This document shows positions 9,532-18,677 of a DNA stretch of 32,000 nt, in pieces (the stretch's first letter is position 1; every line of letters starts with the position of its first letter). The notes under the pieces were generated by a model. The model had not been told where the DNA came from and searched no databases. It was given only the letters and a program-made list of their open reading frames with translations. The DNA lies in the NCBI RefSeq assembly GCF_021378375.1, contig NZ_CP076228.1:1050001-1082000 (forward strand). Reading direction: 5' to 3'. A program made the translations under genes and the position numbers. This DNA is from Wolbachia endosymbiont of Drosophila innubila (GTDB lineage Bacteria > Pseudomonadota > Alphaproteobacteria > Rickettsiales > Anaplasmataceae).

Positions 9532-10569
9532 ATGTTATCTACGGTCAATAATAATATAGTTATTGCACTTGACGCTATGGGGGGCGATTTTGCGCCTCTT
9601 TCCGTAATTCATGGTGCTGGTTTTTTTTTAGACAACCTTGTTGACCCAGGCATTAAAGTTTTTTTTCATATTTATGGAGATAAGGAAGAAGTATCTCCTT
9701 TGCTTTTGAAATATAAAAAAGTAAGTAACAATTCTGAATTTACTCATTGTTCTGACAATGTCCTTGCAAATGATAAGCCATCTTTTGCGCTGAGACATCG
9801 TAAAGACTCAAGTATGAAAGCTGCAATTGTTGCAGTGAAAGAAGGTAAAGCTTTCGGAGTGGTATCTTCAGGCAACACCGGAGCGTTGATGGCAATTTCC
9901 AGATTTATTTTAGGAACATTACCAAACATTTATCGTCCTGCTATTGCCTCTATCTGTCCAACTAAGACAAAAAGCTTCGCTTTGCTTGACCTTGGTGCAA
10001 ATGTTGATTGTAATGCCGACTCATTATTTCAATTTGCGTTAATGGGTAGTATATTTGCAAAAATAGCATTAAAAATTGACAATCCTGAAGTTGCTTTGCT
10101 AAATATCGGCACAGAAGAAGTTAAAGGTAATGACTCAGTGCGCGGCGCTTTTGAGTTGCTTAAAAACGCTCCAGGCATTAATTTCAAAGGGTATATAGAG
10201 GCAAGTGAATTTTTAGAGGGTAATATAGATGTGATTGTTGCTGATGGTTTTGTTGGCAATGTAATGCTCAAAACGGCTGAGGCAACCGCTAGTACCTTTA
10301 TCAATCTAATAAAGCAGGAAGTATTCAATTCGTGGATAGCGAAAATGCTTGTTGGTATATTGTTAAAATCCAAACTAAATAAAGCTTTAACGCGTTTTAA
10401 TCCCAAAATTAGAAGTGGAGCTATGTTTTTAGGGCTGAATGGTATCATCATTAAAAGTCATGGAAATTCTGATGCTATTTCTTTTGCCCATGCCATAAAA
10501 TTTGCAGTAAATGCAATTAGTGAAAATTTAAATCAAAAGATAATTAACGGGGTAAGTCATATTGAATAA
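9532..10569 (+). CDS. plsX: Phosphate acyltransferase PlsX
   Basis: IALDAMGGDFAP, SSGNTGALMA and DGFVGNVMLKTAE are PlsX motifs. The start is taken at ATG 9532 (MLSTVNNNIVIALDAMGGD). The track start 9469 would overlap rpmF by 53 nt. Confidence 0.9.
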   Translation: MLSTVNNNIVIALDAMGGDFAPLSVIHGAGFFLDNLVDPGIKVFFHIYGDKEEVSPLLLKYKKVSNNSEFTHCSDNVLANDKPSFALRHRKDSSMKAAIVAVKEGKAFGVVSSGNTGALMAISRFILGTLPNIYRPAIASICPTKTKSFALLDLGANVDCNADSLFQFALMGSIFAKIALKIDNPEVALLNIGTEEVKGNDSVRGAFELLKNAPGINFKGYIEASEFLEGNIDVIVADGFVGNVMLKTAEATASTFINLIKQEVFNSWIAKMLVGILLKSKLNKALTRFNPKIRSGAMFLGLNGIIIKSHGNSDAISFAHAIKFAVNAISENLNQKIINGVSHIE

Positions 10570-11518
10570 AAGTTTCATATTAAGCACTGGATCTTACCTA
10601 CCAAGAAAAATGTTGAGTAACAACGAAATTGCATCGATAGTTGAGACGAGCGATGAATGGATAAGGCAGAGAACAGGAATAGTTCAAAGGCATATAGCAG
10701 ATGAAGGAGAACTAACGTCAGATCTAGCTGTAAATGCAGCAAAAAGTGCTATAGAAAAAGCTAAAATTTCAGTAGATGAAATTGACTTGATTATAGTTGC
10801 TACAACAACTCCTGATAAAACTTTTCCTAGCTGTGCAACGATTGTACAAAGTAAGTTAAAATGTAAAAACGCATTTGCTTTTGATGTACAAGCAGCATGC
10901 TCTGGTTTTATATATGCAGTTACAGTTGCTGATTCGCTCATAAAATCTAACAATAGAATTAAATATGCATTGGTTATAGGTGCTGAAATAATGTCTAGGA
11001 TTGTTGATTGGGAAGATAGGTCAACTTGTGTACTCTTTGGTGATGGTGCTGGTGCAGTGGTGATGAAATCAGAAATGGGTAGAAGCGGCATCATATCAAC
11101 AAACTTATACTCTGACGGCAATGTGGACATACTATGTACGAACGGAGGGATATCCTCAACTGGTGATTCTGGAAAAATATGCATGAATGGAAGAGAAGTG
11201 TTTAAACATGCAGTGGATAAGTTAACAGCCTCAGTAGAGGAAACTCTGAAATGCAATAATTTGAAAATCACTGATATTGACTGGTTAATTCCCCATCAAG
11301 CAAACATTCGTATTATTGAAGCAGTAGTAAAGAAATTAGATTTTCCTATAGAGAAAGTGATTAATACCGTTGATAAGCATGCAAACACCTCAGCGGCATC
11401 AATTCCACTGGCCTTAGACTATGCAATACAAGAATCAAAAATAAAATCAGGAAATCTGGTACTGCTGATTTCAATAGGTGCAGGCCTGACCTGGGGTTCC
11501 GTGTTGCTGCACTATTAG
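10562..11518 (+). CDS. fabH: 3-oxoacyl-ACP synthase III
   Basis: 318 aa. Active-site context AFDVQAACSGFIYA, plus PHQANIRII and NTSAASIPLAL. TTG start overlaps the plsX stop by 8 nt. The rpmF-plsX-fabH order is conserved. Confidence 0.92.
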   Translation: MNKSFILSTGSYLPRKMLSNNEIASIVETSDEWIRQRTGIVQRHIADEGELTSDLAVNAAKSAIEKAKISVDEIDLIIVATTTPDKTFPSCATIVQSKLKCKNAFAFDVQAACSGFIYAVTVADSLIKSNNRIKYALVIGAEIMSRIVDWEDRSTCVLFGDGAGAVVMKSEMGRSGIISTNLYSDGNVDILCTNGGISSTGDSGKICMNGREVFKHAVDKLTASVEETLKCNNLKITDIDWLIPHQANIRIIEAVVKKLDFPIEKVINTVDKHANTSAASIPLALDYAIQESKIKSGNLVLLISIGAGLTWGSVLLHY

Positions 11519-11535
11519 ACTTCCTGCATTACCTC

Positions 11536-11826
11536 CTGTCATCCAAGTACCCTCTTTGTCATTCCAGTGCCTCTTTCTCCTGTCATCCCAGTGCCCTGAC
11601 TACTTGGATCCAGAAAAAAGAATGGTGTCATGAAAGTAGCTGATACTGGTTTTCATCCAAGAGGGTGTCATCTCAGTGCCCTGACTACTTGGATCCAGGA
11701 AAGTTTGCTTGTAAGCAAGCAAACTAGCACAGAAAGTGGTTACAACATTTTCGATGAGATTATATGGAAAACTAGATCCCAGTGTCAAGCACTGGGATGA
11801 CAAAAAAAGGAGCACTGGGATGACAG
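11536..11826. repeat. Cluster of family-2 palindromic elements (gtcatcccagtg..cactgggatgac ends)
   Basis: Repeated gtcat(c/t)c(c/a)agtgcc modules. One roughly 138-bp unit runs from ggtgtcatctcagtgccctgactacttggatccag (about 11665) to ctagatcccagtgtcaagcactgggatgaca (about 11802). It generates phantom ORF 11600..11815. Confidence 0.85.
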
Positions 11827-11834
11827 CAGTCCTA

Positions 11835-11894
11835 CGTCATACCGCGATTCATTCGCGGTATCTCTAGATCCCGCTAACAAGCAGCGGGATGACG
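11835..11894. repeat. Family-1 double-hairpin palindromic element (60 bp)
   Basis: cgtcataccgcgattcattcgcggtatctctagatcccgctaacaagcagcgggatgacg. Confidence 0.9.
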
Positions 11895-11910
11895 GTTGTC
11901 GTTTAGCCAT

Positions 11911-12190
11911 AAATATTTAAGAAATTTACCAAATGAAAAAAAAGGCAAAAGAAGCCCTGGGGTTATTATCCGCTTTAAAATATTGGCGTTTTTTATGTTT
12001 TAAACGCTTGACAAGCGAGATTCAGCCGCTTTTAATTGCAACTAACTTACGCTGCAAATGTTTAAGAAATTTACTAAGCAGAAAAAAAGACAAAGAATCC
12101 CCGAGTTAGCTAGTCTTTTACTATCTCTGTCGAGTATTGGCATTTTTTGATGTCTTGTAACGCTTTATAAGCGCGTTCAGCTTATTTAGA
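11911..12190. repeat. Diverged tandem duplication, period about 145 bp, two units
   Basis: Units start aaatAtttaagaaatttacCaa (11911) and aaatGtttaagaaatttacTaa (12056). Both share ..gaaaaaaa.g.caaa.gaa.ccc.., ..tattggc.tttttt.atg.. and a conserved small hairpin cgctt-nnn-aagcg. Confidence 0.7.
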
Positions 12191-12360
12191 TAAAAATCTA
12201 GATGTAGATGAAGTTTTGTAAAGACATACAGTATCTATATACTGCAAAAAATTGAACATGAGACGCCGATACATTAAGTAATCCTTACCTTTTAATCTGC
12301 AGATTGGCGAAAGCAAATACAATAGCTTCAGTTTCATGATAAGGGGGCTAGCGAGGTTTG

Positions 12361-13377
12361 TCAAGGAAGTTTTTCTTTTCCGTGAATTCCCTTTGAGGTT
12401 GAATATTGAAAATTAACCGGAGAGTTGTGGATTACTTTGTATATGTCATAACAAGCCATGGCGCTCTCAGCAAAACCATTTAGTATTAATTTTAGTTTGC
12501 CTGAATAAATAGCTATATCTCCGATTGCATATATCCTATCTCTACTGGTTTTAAGTGTAGCTGGGTCGACAACTATGCGGCTATGTTCTAACTGTATACC
12601 CCAATTGTTTATTGGACCAAGATTCATTGACAATCCAAAAAATGGCAGCAAAAAATCAGCGGATATTTCTTTTTCTTCCTTAGAGGCAATGTTTTTTACT
12701 ATCACTGCGCTCAACTGCCCATTACCTCCTGCTAGTTCGTGTAATTGATATGGCACTACCAGTTCTATTTTTCCATCAATTTCAAGTGATTCTAATTTAT
12801 TTCTAGTTTCAGGAGTGCAGCGAAATTCCTTTCTCCTATGTATCACATAAATTTTCTTCGCAACTTTAGAAAGTTCTACAGTCCAATCAGCCGCAGAATC
12901 ACCCCCACCTGCAATGACTATAGTTTTGTCCTGAAAATCAGAAATTTTATTTACACTGTAAAATACAGATTTATTTTCATATTCTAATATACCACTTAAG
13001 GGTGGACGGTTAGGTTCAAACATTCCGTTACCTGCAGCAACAATAACGGCTTTGCATTTTACCTCTGTACCTATGTTCGTTATGACAGTAAAGCTTTCAC
13101 CTTCGTTATTTGAAATCTTTTCCACTTTTTGACTTAAATGGTAAACAGGCTTAAATGGCGAAGATTGCTCCATTAGTTGCTCAATTAATTTTTGGGCAGT
13201 GATTACAGGATAACCAGGTATATCATATATTGGCTTTTCTGGGTAAAGAGCTGTGCATTGTCCTCCTGCTTGATCCAAAACATCTATTATATGACATCTC
13301 ATATCAAGCATTCCCGCTTGAAAAGCAGTGAATATTCCAACAGGTCCTGCACCTATTATTACTATATCGGTTTTCAT
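12361..13377 (-). CDS. Ferredoxin-NADP(+) reductase, thioredoxin-reductase-like type
   Basis: 338 aa. FAD motif IIGAGPVGIFTAF, then GGQCTALYPEKPIYDIPGYP (signature of TrxR-like FNR), and a second dinucleotide fold IAGGGDSAADW. Confidence 0.88.
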   Translation of the reverse strand: MKTDIVIIGAGPVGIFTAFQAGMLDMRCHIIDVLDQAGGQCTALYPEKPIYDIPGYPVITAQKLIEQLMEQSSPFKPVYHLSQKVEKISNNEGESFTVITNIGTEVKCKAVIVAAGNGMFEPNRPPLSGILEYENKSVFYSVNKISDFQDKTIVIAGGGDSAADWTVELSKVAKKIYVIHRRKEFRCTPETRNKLESLEIDGKIELVVPYQLHELAGGNGQLSAVIVKNIASKEEKEISADFLLPFFGLSMNLGPINNWGIQLEHSRIVVDPATLKTSRDRIYAIGDIAIYSGKLKLILNGFAESAMACYDIYKVIHNSPVNFQYSTSKGIHGKEKLP

Positions 13378-13545
13378 ATTCAGATCGTGATCTATTTATA
13401 GATATTAGCTTTCTTTGCTAACAAGGTCAATTTACAAAGGGATGTATTTTTAAAAGATGTGGCTAGATTAGACAAGATTTCCAGCGTTATGAACCACATA
13501 GTCCAAATAAGCTCTAAAAATCAGCTAGCATAGCGAGATGCTGTG

Positions 13546-13633
13546 CGGACGGAATGGGATTCGAACCCATGGTACGCTCATCACGTACGTCAGTTTTCAA
13601 GACTGGTGCCTTAAACCGCTCGGCCATCCGTCC
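13546..13633 (-). tRNA. tRNA-Ser (anticodon UGA)
   Basis: The minus strand reads GGACGGATGGCCGAGCGGTTTAAGGCACCAGTCTTGAAAACTGACGTACGTGATGAGCGTACCATGGGTTCGAATCCCATTCCGTCCG. It has a 7-bp acceptor stem, anticodon loop CUUGAAA, a long variable arm and T-loop GGTTCGAATCC. One C-A mismatch in the anticodon stem. Confidence 0.9.
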
Positions 13634-13680
13634 ATTTCTTTTCTATCACAACATTTGATTTTAAGCAATCTATAAAAGCT

Positions 13681-15207
13681 TTACTTGCCCACGCAAAAGT
13701 TGCTAAACACACTACTCAATATTTCCTCAACATCAATAATTCCAATCACCGCACCAAGTTCAAATGCAGCAAGCCTCAAATCTTCAGATATCAACTCAAT
13801 TGGATTATCGATATTAAAACGTTGTAAATGTTCCAGTGCTTTCTTCATGTGATTCCTATGTCTTTGCCGAGTGATTACAGGAGTGTCTCTATCATGCCCA
13901 AATTTTTCCTCTGCCTTCTCTTTTATGAGAGAGATCAATTTGTTTGTACCTATTTCCTTTAGAATAGAAATGGGTAAAAGATCTATGCCATTAATTTTTA
14001 TATTGTGATTATTGATAACATCGTCAGCTTTGCTCAATACATAAATGGTGTCATTTTGGTCTGATGTCATGCAAGTAGCTGACACTGGAATCCAGCTATG
14101 AACATTGTTTTCAGCACATGTTTCTAGAATCCATTGTTTATTGCATAATTTGCAAGTATTTTTATATCTGGATCCCAGTGTCAAGCACTGGGATGACACC
14201 GTTTGTTGATTACAATATTTGCATAGTTGTGTGTCAACGACAGATGGTATATTGCCTGTGGCTTGATAATTGACATCGTGTCGTTGTTCAAAAGGAAATA
14301 GCTCTATTCTTAAATCAGCTTCAAAAGACCTCTTTTTCGCTCGACTTATACCTTCTAATTCTATTGGATCTGAACTTTCACGAATTCCAGCAGTATCAGA
14401 GAGAATGATTGGGTATCCGCCAATGTCAATATGAGCTTCAAGTATATCTCTTGTTGTGCCTGCATATTCAGAAACAATAGCAATATCACGCTTGGCTAAG
14501 AAATTAAACAGAGTTGATTTACCGACATTTGGTTCACCAGTTATTACAATATGTAAACCCTCACGCAACCTTTCGCCCCGTCTATTATCATTTAAATGCT
14601 CTTGTATCAACTGCACGAGAGATTGCACTTCATTATTAATTTTTTCCAATTCACTTTTTTCTGCCCAAATGTCCTCTGGAAAGTCTATATATGCTTCGAT
14701 TTTGGATTGTATCGTTATTAATCTTTGCCTCCAATTGCTGTATAGTCTCTCCAATTCTCCTGATATCTGCTTAATCGCTTGTTTAGCTTGCATTTTTGTC
14801 TCAGCATCAATTAAGTCTGCAATCCCTTCTATTTGCGTTAAGTCAAATTTACCATTTAGAAAAGCCCTAAGTGAGAATTCTCCAGGCTTGGCCATAACGA
14901 AAACTTTTGATAATTCCTCCAAGATGATTTTTATAACTGCCTTGCTTCCATGCACTTGTAACTCTATAACGTCCTCGCCAGTGAAACTGTTTGGAGCAGG
15001 GAAATAGATGATTATTCCATTATCTATCAATTGACTGGAATCATCATATAGATCAACTAAAGTAGCAAATCTTGGTTTAATTTCTTTCTTAATATGAAAA
15101 TGATTTAAAGCTTTAAGCGCGTAGTTGCCTGAAATTCTGATTACTGCAACTCCTGACTTACCAAATACGGTCGATAAAGCGAAAATAGTTTCATTTGTGT
15201 TTGTCAT
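13681..15207 (-). CDS. mnmE: tRNA modification GTPase MnmE (TrmE) carrying an in-frame repeat-derived insertion
   Basis: N-terminal [22 protein letters not shown]1 [10 protein letters not shown]3 DTAGIR, G4-like SKAD, C-terminal FCVGK. At 508 aa it is roughly 50-60 aa longer than typical MnmE; the excess lies between G3 and G4. Confidence 0.92.
   Translation of the reverse strand: MTNTNETIFALSTVFGKSGVAVIRISGNYALKALNHFHIKKEIKPRFATLVDLYDDSSQLIDNGIIIYFPAPNSFTGEDVIELQVHGSKAVIKIILEELSKVFVMAKPGEFSLRAFLNGKFDLTQIEGIADLIDAETKMQAKQAIKQISGELERLYSNWRQRLITIQSKIEAYIDFPEDIWAEKSELEKINNEVQSLVQLIQEHLNDNRRGERLREGLHIVITGEPNVGKSTLFNFLAKRDIAIVSEYAGTTRDILEAHIDIGGYPIILSDTAGIRESSDPIELEGISRAKKRSFEADLRIELFPFEQRHDVNYQATGNIPSVVDTQLCKYCNQQTVSSQCLTLGSRYKNTCKLCNKQWILETCAENNVHSWIPVSATCMTSDQNDTIYVLSKADDVINNHNIKINGIDLLPISILKEIGTNKLISLIKEKAEEKFGHDRDTPVITRQRHRNHMKKALEHLQRFNIDNPIELISEDLRLAAFELGAVIGIIDVEEILSSVFSNFCVGK
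14066..14197. repeat. Family-2 palindromic MITE-like element (about 132 bp) inside the mnmE coding sequence
   Basis: Ends gtcatgcaagtagctgacactggaatccag and ctggatcccagtgtcaagcactgggatgac match the intergenic copies at 11.7 and 16.0 kb. Translated in the gene frame it gives [46 protein letters not shown]. Boundaries are accurate to a few nt. Confidence 0.85.
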
Positions 15208-15311
15208 TATTTATATAAACTACTTAGCAATATTACACTTAAGAAACCAAAATACCTAAAAAGTCACCCAGGTGAAAATATTTATTTTGAAAACTGATAA
15301 TATGATTTATA

Positions 15312-15821
15312 ATGACTGACACAAGTTTTAAATATTTTATGCTCAAGAAATTAGCTTGGTACTGGTCTTTTGTAGAGTTAATTAAAGGGTTTGTTATTAC
15401 ATTAAAATATATGTTTAAGCCAAAGGTTACTTTGAGGTATCCTATGGAGAAGGGCCCTTTAAGTCCAAGGTTTCGTGGTGAGCATGCGTTGCGTAGGTAT
15501 CCAAACGGTGAAGAACGATGCATAGCTTGTAAATTATGTGAAGTTATCTGCCCTGCTCAAGCAATAGTTATTGAAGCAGAGGAAAGAGAAGACGGTAGTC
15601 GCCGCACCACGCGCTATGATATTGATATGACAAAATGCATATACTGCGGACTTTGCCAAGAGGCATGTCCAGTTGATGCAATTGTTGAAGGTCCTAACTT
15701 TGAATTTGCTACTGAAACAAGAGAGGAGCTAATGTACAATAAAGAAAAGTTATTGCGTAATGGTGAAGTTTGGGAAGACGCAATTGCACTCAGGTTAAAA
15801 AAGAATAGGCCTTATTATTAA
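15312..15821 (+). CDS. nuoI: NADH-quinone oxidoreductase subunit I
   Basis: 169 aa. Two 4Fe-4S ferredoxin motifs, [12 protein letters not shown] and [43 protein letters not shown] is typical NuoI. Confidence 0.93.
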   Translation: MTDTSFKYFMLKKLAWYWSFVELIKGFVITLKYMFKPKVTLRYPMEKGPLSPRFRGEHALRRYPNGEERCIACKLCEVICPAQAIVIEAEEREDGSRRTTRYDIDMTKCIYCGLCQEACPVDAIVEGPNFEFATETREELMYNKEKLLRNGEVWEDAIALRLKKNRPYY

Positions 15822-15880
15822 TGTTCAGAGCTTATAACCCTGTTATCCATTATGATTTAGGGGCAGTGCCCACTAGGGGT

Positions 15881-16167
15881 GGTGTCATCCCAGTAGCTGA
15901 TACACAACTGTACGAACATTTGTTTGCGAGGGCAGTATGTTAAATGTTATAGCCTGTTTTGCCTCAAACACAAAGGTGTCATCCCAGTGCTTGACACTGG
16001 GATCCAGTAAAATTGATTGTGAACAAGCACACTATGCAACATTTTCAATGAAATTACAAAAAAGCTGGATTCCAGTGTCAAGCACTGGGATGACACCATT
16101 TGCTGTGCAATTTACCTTCGAAAATGAATGTTCGTATGGCTATGTGCGTGACACTGGGATGACACCG
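15881..16167. repeat. Nested family-2 MITE-like elements between nuoI and thrS
   Basis: Outer imperfect terminal inverted repeats are ggtgtcatcccagtagctgatacacaactgtacgaacattt and aatgaatgttcgtatggctatgtgcgtgacactgggatgacacc. An inner 123-bp copy lies at 15975-16097 (ggtgtcatcccagtgcttgacactgggatccag ... ctggattccagtgtcaagcactgggatgacacc). Confidence 0.85.
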
Positions 16168-16216
16168 TTGGAAGAAGCAAATCGCCTTCAAGCTACATGT
16201 CCGTATAGGTTTATTT

Positions 16217-18118
16217 ATGGTTAGGGTTACTTTTTCAACCGAACAAAAAGTAAAAGAATACAGTGGTAAAGTCACTGGCTTTGATATATTACAACCGGAT
16301 GCTTTGAAAGAAGTAGTTGCATTGAAAGTAAATGGTGAGCTATATGACCTCTCACGTGAAATTGAAGCTGATGCAGAGATAGAGGTGATACAACTGAGTG
16401 ACGAAGTGGGTTTAGATATAATAAGGCATGATGCTGCTCATATAATGGCGCAGGCAGTGAAAGAGCTATTTCCTAATACTCAGATTACTATCGGCCCAAC
16501 AATTCAGGACGGTTTTTACTATGATTTTGCTACAGATCGTACCTTCACTACGGACGATCTTACCGCAATAGAAAAGAAAATGAAAGAGATTGTAAAAAGT
16601 AACCACAGATTTGTTCGAGAAGTTTGGACTCGCAAGCAGTCAGTTGATTTCTTTAGTGGTATAGGCGAAAAATATAAGGTTGATATTATCTCATCCATAC
16701 CAGAGGGTGAAAACCTAACTGTTTATAGGCAAGGTGATTTTGTTGACCTATGCCGTGGTCCGCACTCACCATCAACCGGTAGAGTTAAAGCGTTTAAACT
16801 TATGAAAGTAGCGGGTGCATACTGGCGTGGTGATTCTAAGGGCCCAATGTTGCAGCGAATATATGGCACAGCATGGGGAAATAAGGATGAATTAAACGCT
16901 TACCTTGAGTGCCTCAAAGAAGCAGAAAAACGTGATCACCGCAAAATTGCTAAGGATATGGATTTATTTCACATTCAAGAGGAAGCTGTTGGGCAGGTTT
17001 TTTGGCATGAACAAGGATATATTCTATATAATGTTCTTGAGTCTTACATCAGAAAGAAGCTAATAAATAATGGCTATTTTGAGGTAAAAACTCCTATTTT
17101 AGTAAGTAAAGAGCTGTGGGAAAGATCTGGACATTGGGATAAGTTTCGTGAAAATATGTTTATTGTTGACGAATCTGAGAATAAAAAGTTAGCAATAAAA
17201 CCCATGAATTGTCCTTGTCATGTGCAGATTTTTAATTCTCACACCAGGAGCTACCGTGATTTACCAATACGTATGGCAGAGTTTGGCACATGCCATAGAA
17301 ATGAAAGCTCAGGCTCATTGCACGGACTGATGCGAGTGCGTGGTTTTACGCAAGACGATGCACACATTTTTTGTATGGAAGAACAAGTGAATTCTGAGAC
17401 TATAAAGTTTTGTGACCTTTTAAAAGAAGTATATTCAGAGCTTGGATTTAATGAAATTTCTGTGAAATTTTCAGACCGTCCAGATATTAGAGCAGGTAAT
17501 GATGAAGTGTGGGATAGAGCTGAAAAAGCGCTGCTTGAAGCCGTTAAAGAAGCGGGCTTGAGTTATAAACTTAACCCTGGTGAAGGTGCATTTTATGGTC
17601 CAAAGTTAGAGTTCGTTTTGAAAGACGCAATAGGCAGAAATTGGCAATGTGGAACATTACAAGTTGATTTCATTTTACCAGAACGTCTGGGAGCTTTTTA
17701 TATAGGGGCAGATGGGCACAAGCATCACCCTGTCATGTTACATAGGGCAATTCTTGGGACTTTTGAGCGTTTTATCGGAATTTTGATAGAAAATTATGCA
17801 GGAAAATTTCCAGTTTGGCTTGCTCCAACGCAACTTGCTATTCTGACCATTACAAATGAAGCTGACGGTTACGCCACAGAAATTAGCAATATTTTAAAAG
17901 AACAAGGTGTGAGAGTCAAGACTGATTTGACCAATGAAAAAATTAGTTATAAGATACGTTTGCATAGTTCAAACAAGGTTCCTATATTGTGGATTGTAGG
18001 CAAAAATGAAGTTACAAGTAAAACTGTGTCAGTAAGAAATTTAGGATCGGAAAGACAGGAGTCTTTTTCTTTGGAAAAGGCTAATGAATCGCTGTTAAAA
18101 AGTATTAATTTGAATTAA
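16217..18118 (+). CDS. thrS: Threonine-tRNA ligase
   Basis: 633 aa. TGS-like N-terminus, editing-domain HDAAH motif region, class II core ([42 protein letters not shown]), C-terminal anticodon-binding domain. Confidence 0.94.
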
Positions 18119-18130
18119 GGGAGTTAAAGT

Positions 18131-18649
18131 TTGCAAGTTAAAAAGAACAATAAAAACAGAATTAATGGATTTATCACAGCTAAGGAGGTACGCTTAGTTG
18201 ATCATAGTGGTGAAATGGTCGGAATCGTGCCAATAGAACGAGCTTTGGAATTTGCACAGGGTGTTGGTTTAGACTTGGTGGAAATTGCACCTGATTCAAC
18301 CCCTCCAGTATGTAAAATTCTGGATTATAGCAAGCAAAAGTATGATATAAAAAAGAAAGCAAGTGAAGCAAAAAAGAAACAAAAAACATTAACTATAAAA
18401 GAAATTAAACTGGGTCCCAATATTGGTGATCACGATTACGGAACAAAATTGCGTCAAGCAAGAGACTTACTTGCCCACGGACATAAAATTAAAGTCACAA
18501 TGAGATTTAGAGGGAGAGAGCTTATAAACACTGAAGTTGGACTGGAAAAATTAGAACGGCTAATTCGAGACACTGAAGATATCGCAAAGGTAGAATTGGC
18601 ACCTAAAAGAGAAGGGAATCAATATTTTTTAGCTCTGGTTGCTAAGTAG
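18131..18649 (+). CDS. infC: Translation initiation factor IF-3
   Basis: 172 aa. INGFITAKEVRLVDHSGEMVGIV, and KKKQK..KEIKLGPNIGDHDYGTKLRQARDLLAHGHKIKVTMRFRGRE. Non-ATG start (TTG 18131) 7-8 nt after AAGGGAG. The thrS-infC order is conserved. Confidence 0.92.
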   Translation: MQVKKNNKNRINGFITAKEVRLVDHSGEMVGIVPIERALEFAQGVGLDLVEIAPDSTPPVCKILDYSKQKYDIKKKASEAKKKQKTLTIKEIKLGPNIGDHDYGTKLRQARDLLAHGHKIKVTMRFRGRELINTEVGLEKLERLIRDTEDIAKVELAPKREGNQYFLALVAK

Positions 18650-18677
18650 CAAAACGGCTTAAGAAGTATAAGTAAAG

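Noticed and set aside
12182-12364. 60-aa ORF immediately downstream of the FNR gene.
   Set aside because: It lies within the diverged tandem-repeat and AT-rich spacer, has no RBS and a low-complexity translation. It is probably non-coding.
4690-16170. Possibility that the recurring palindromic repeats form a CRISPR array.
   Set aside because: Copies are dispersed over many kb in both orientations with irregular spacing. They are themselves double hairpins with terminal inverted repeats, have no uniform spacers, and no cas genes are present.
11600-16275. ORFs 11600..11815, 15937..16224 and 16078..16275, with peptides such as SSQCLTLGS and [10 protein letters not shown].
   Set aside because: They are composed almost entirely of family-2 palindromic repeats in intergenic DNA. 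Their openness reflects the stop-free design of the repeat, not a gene.
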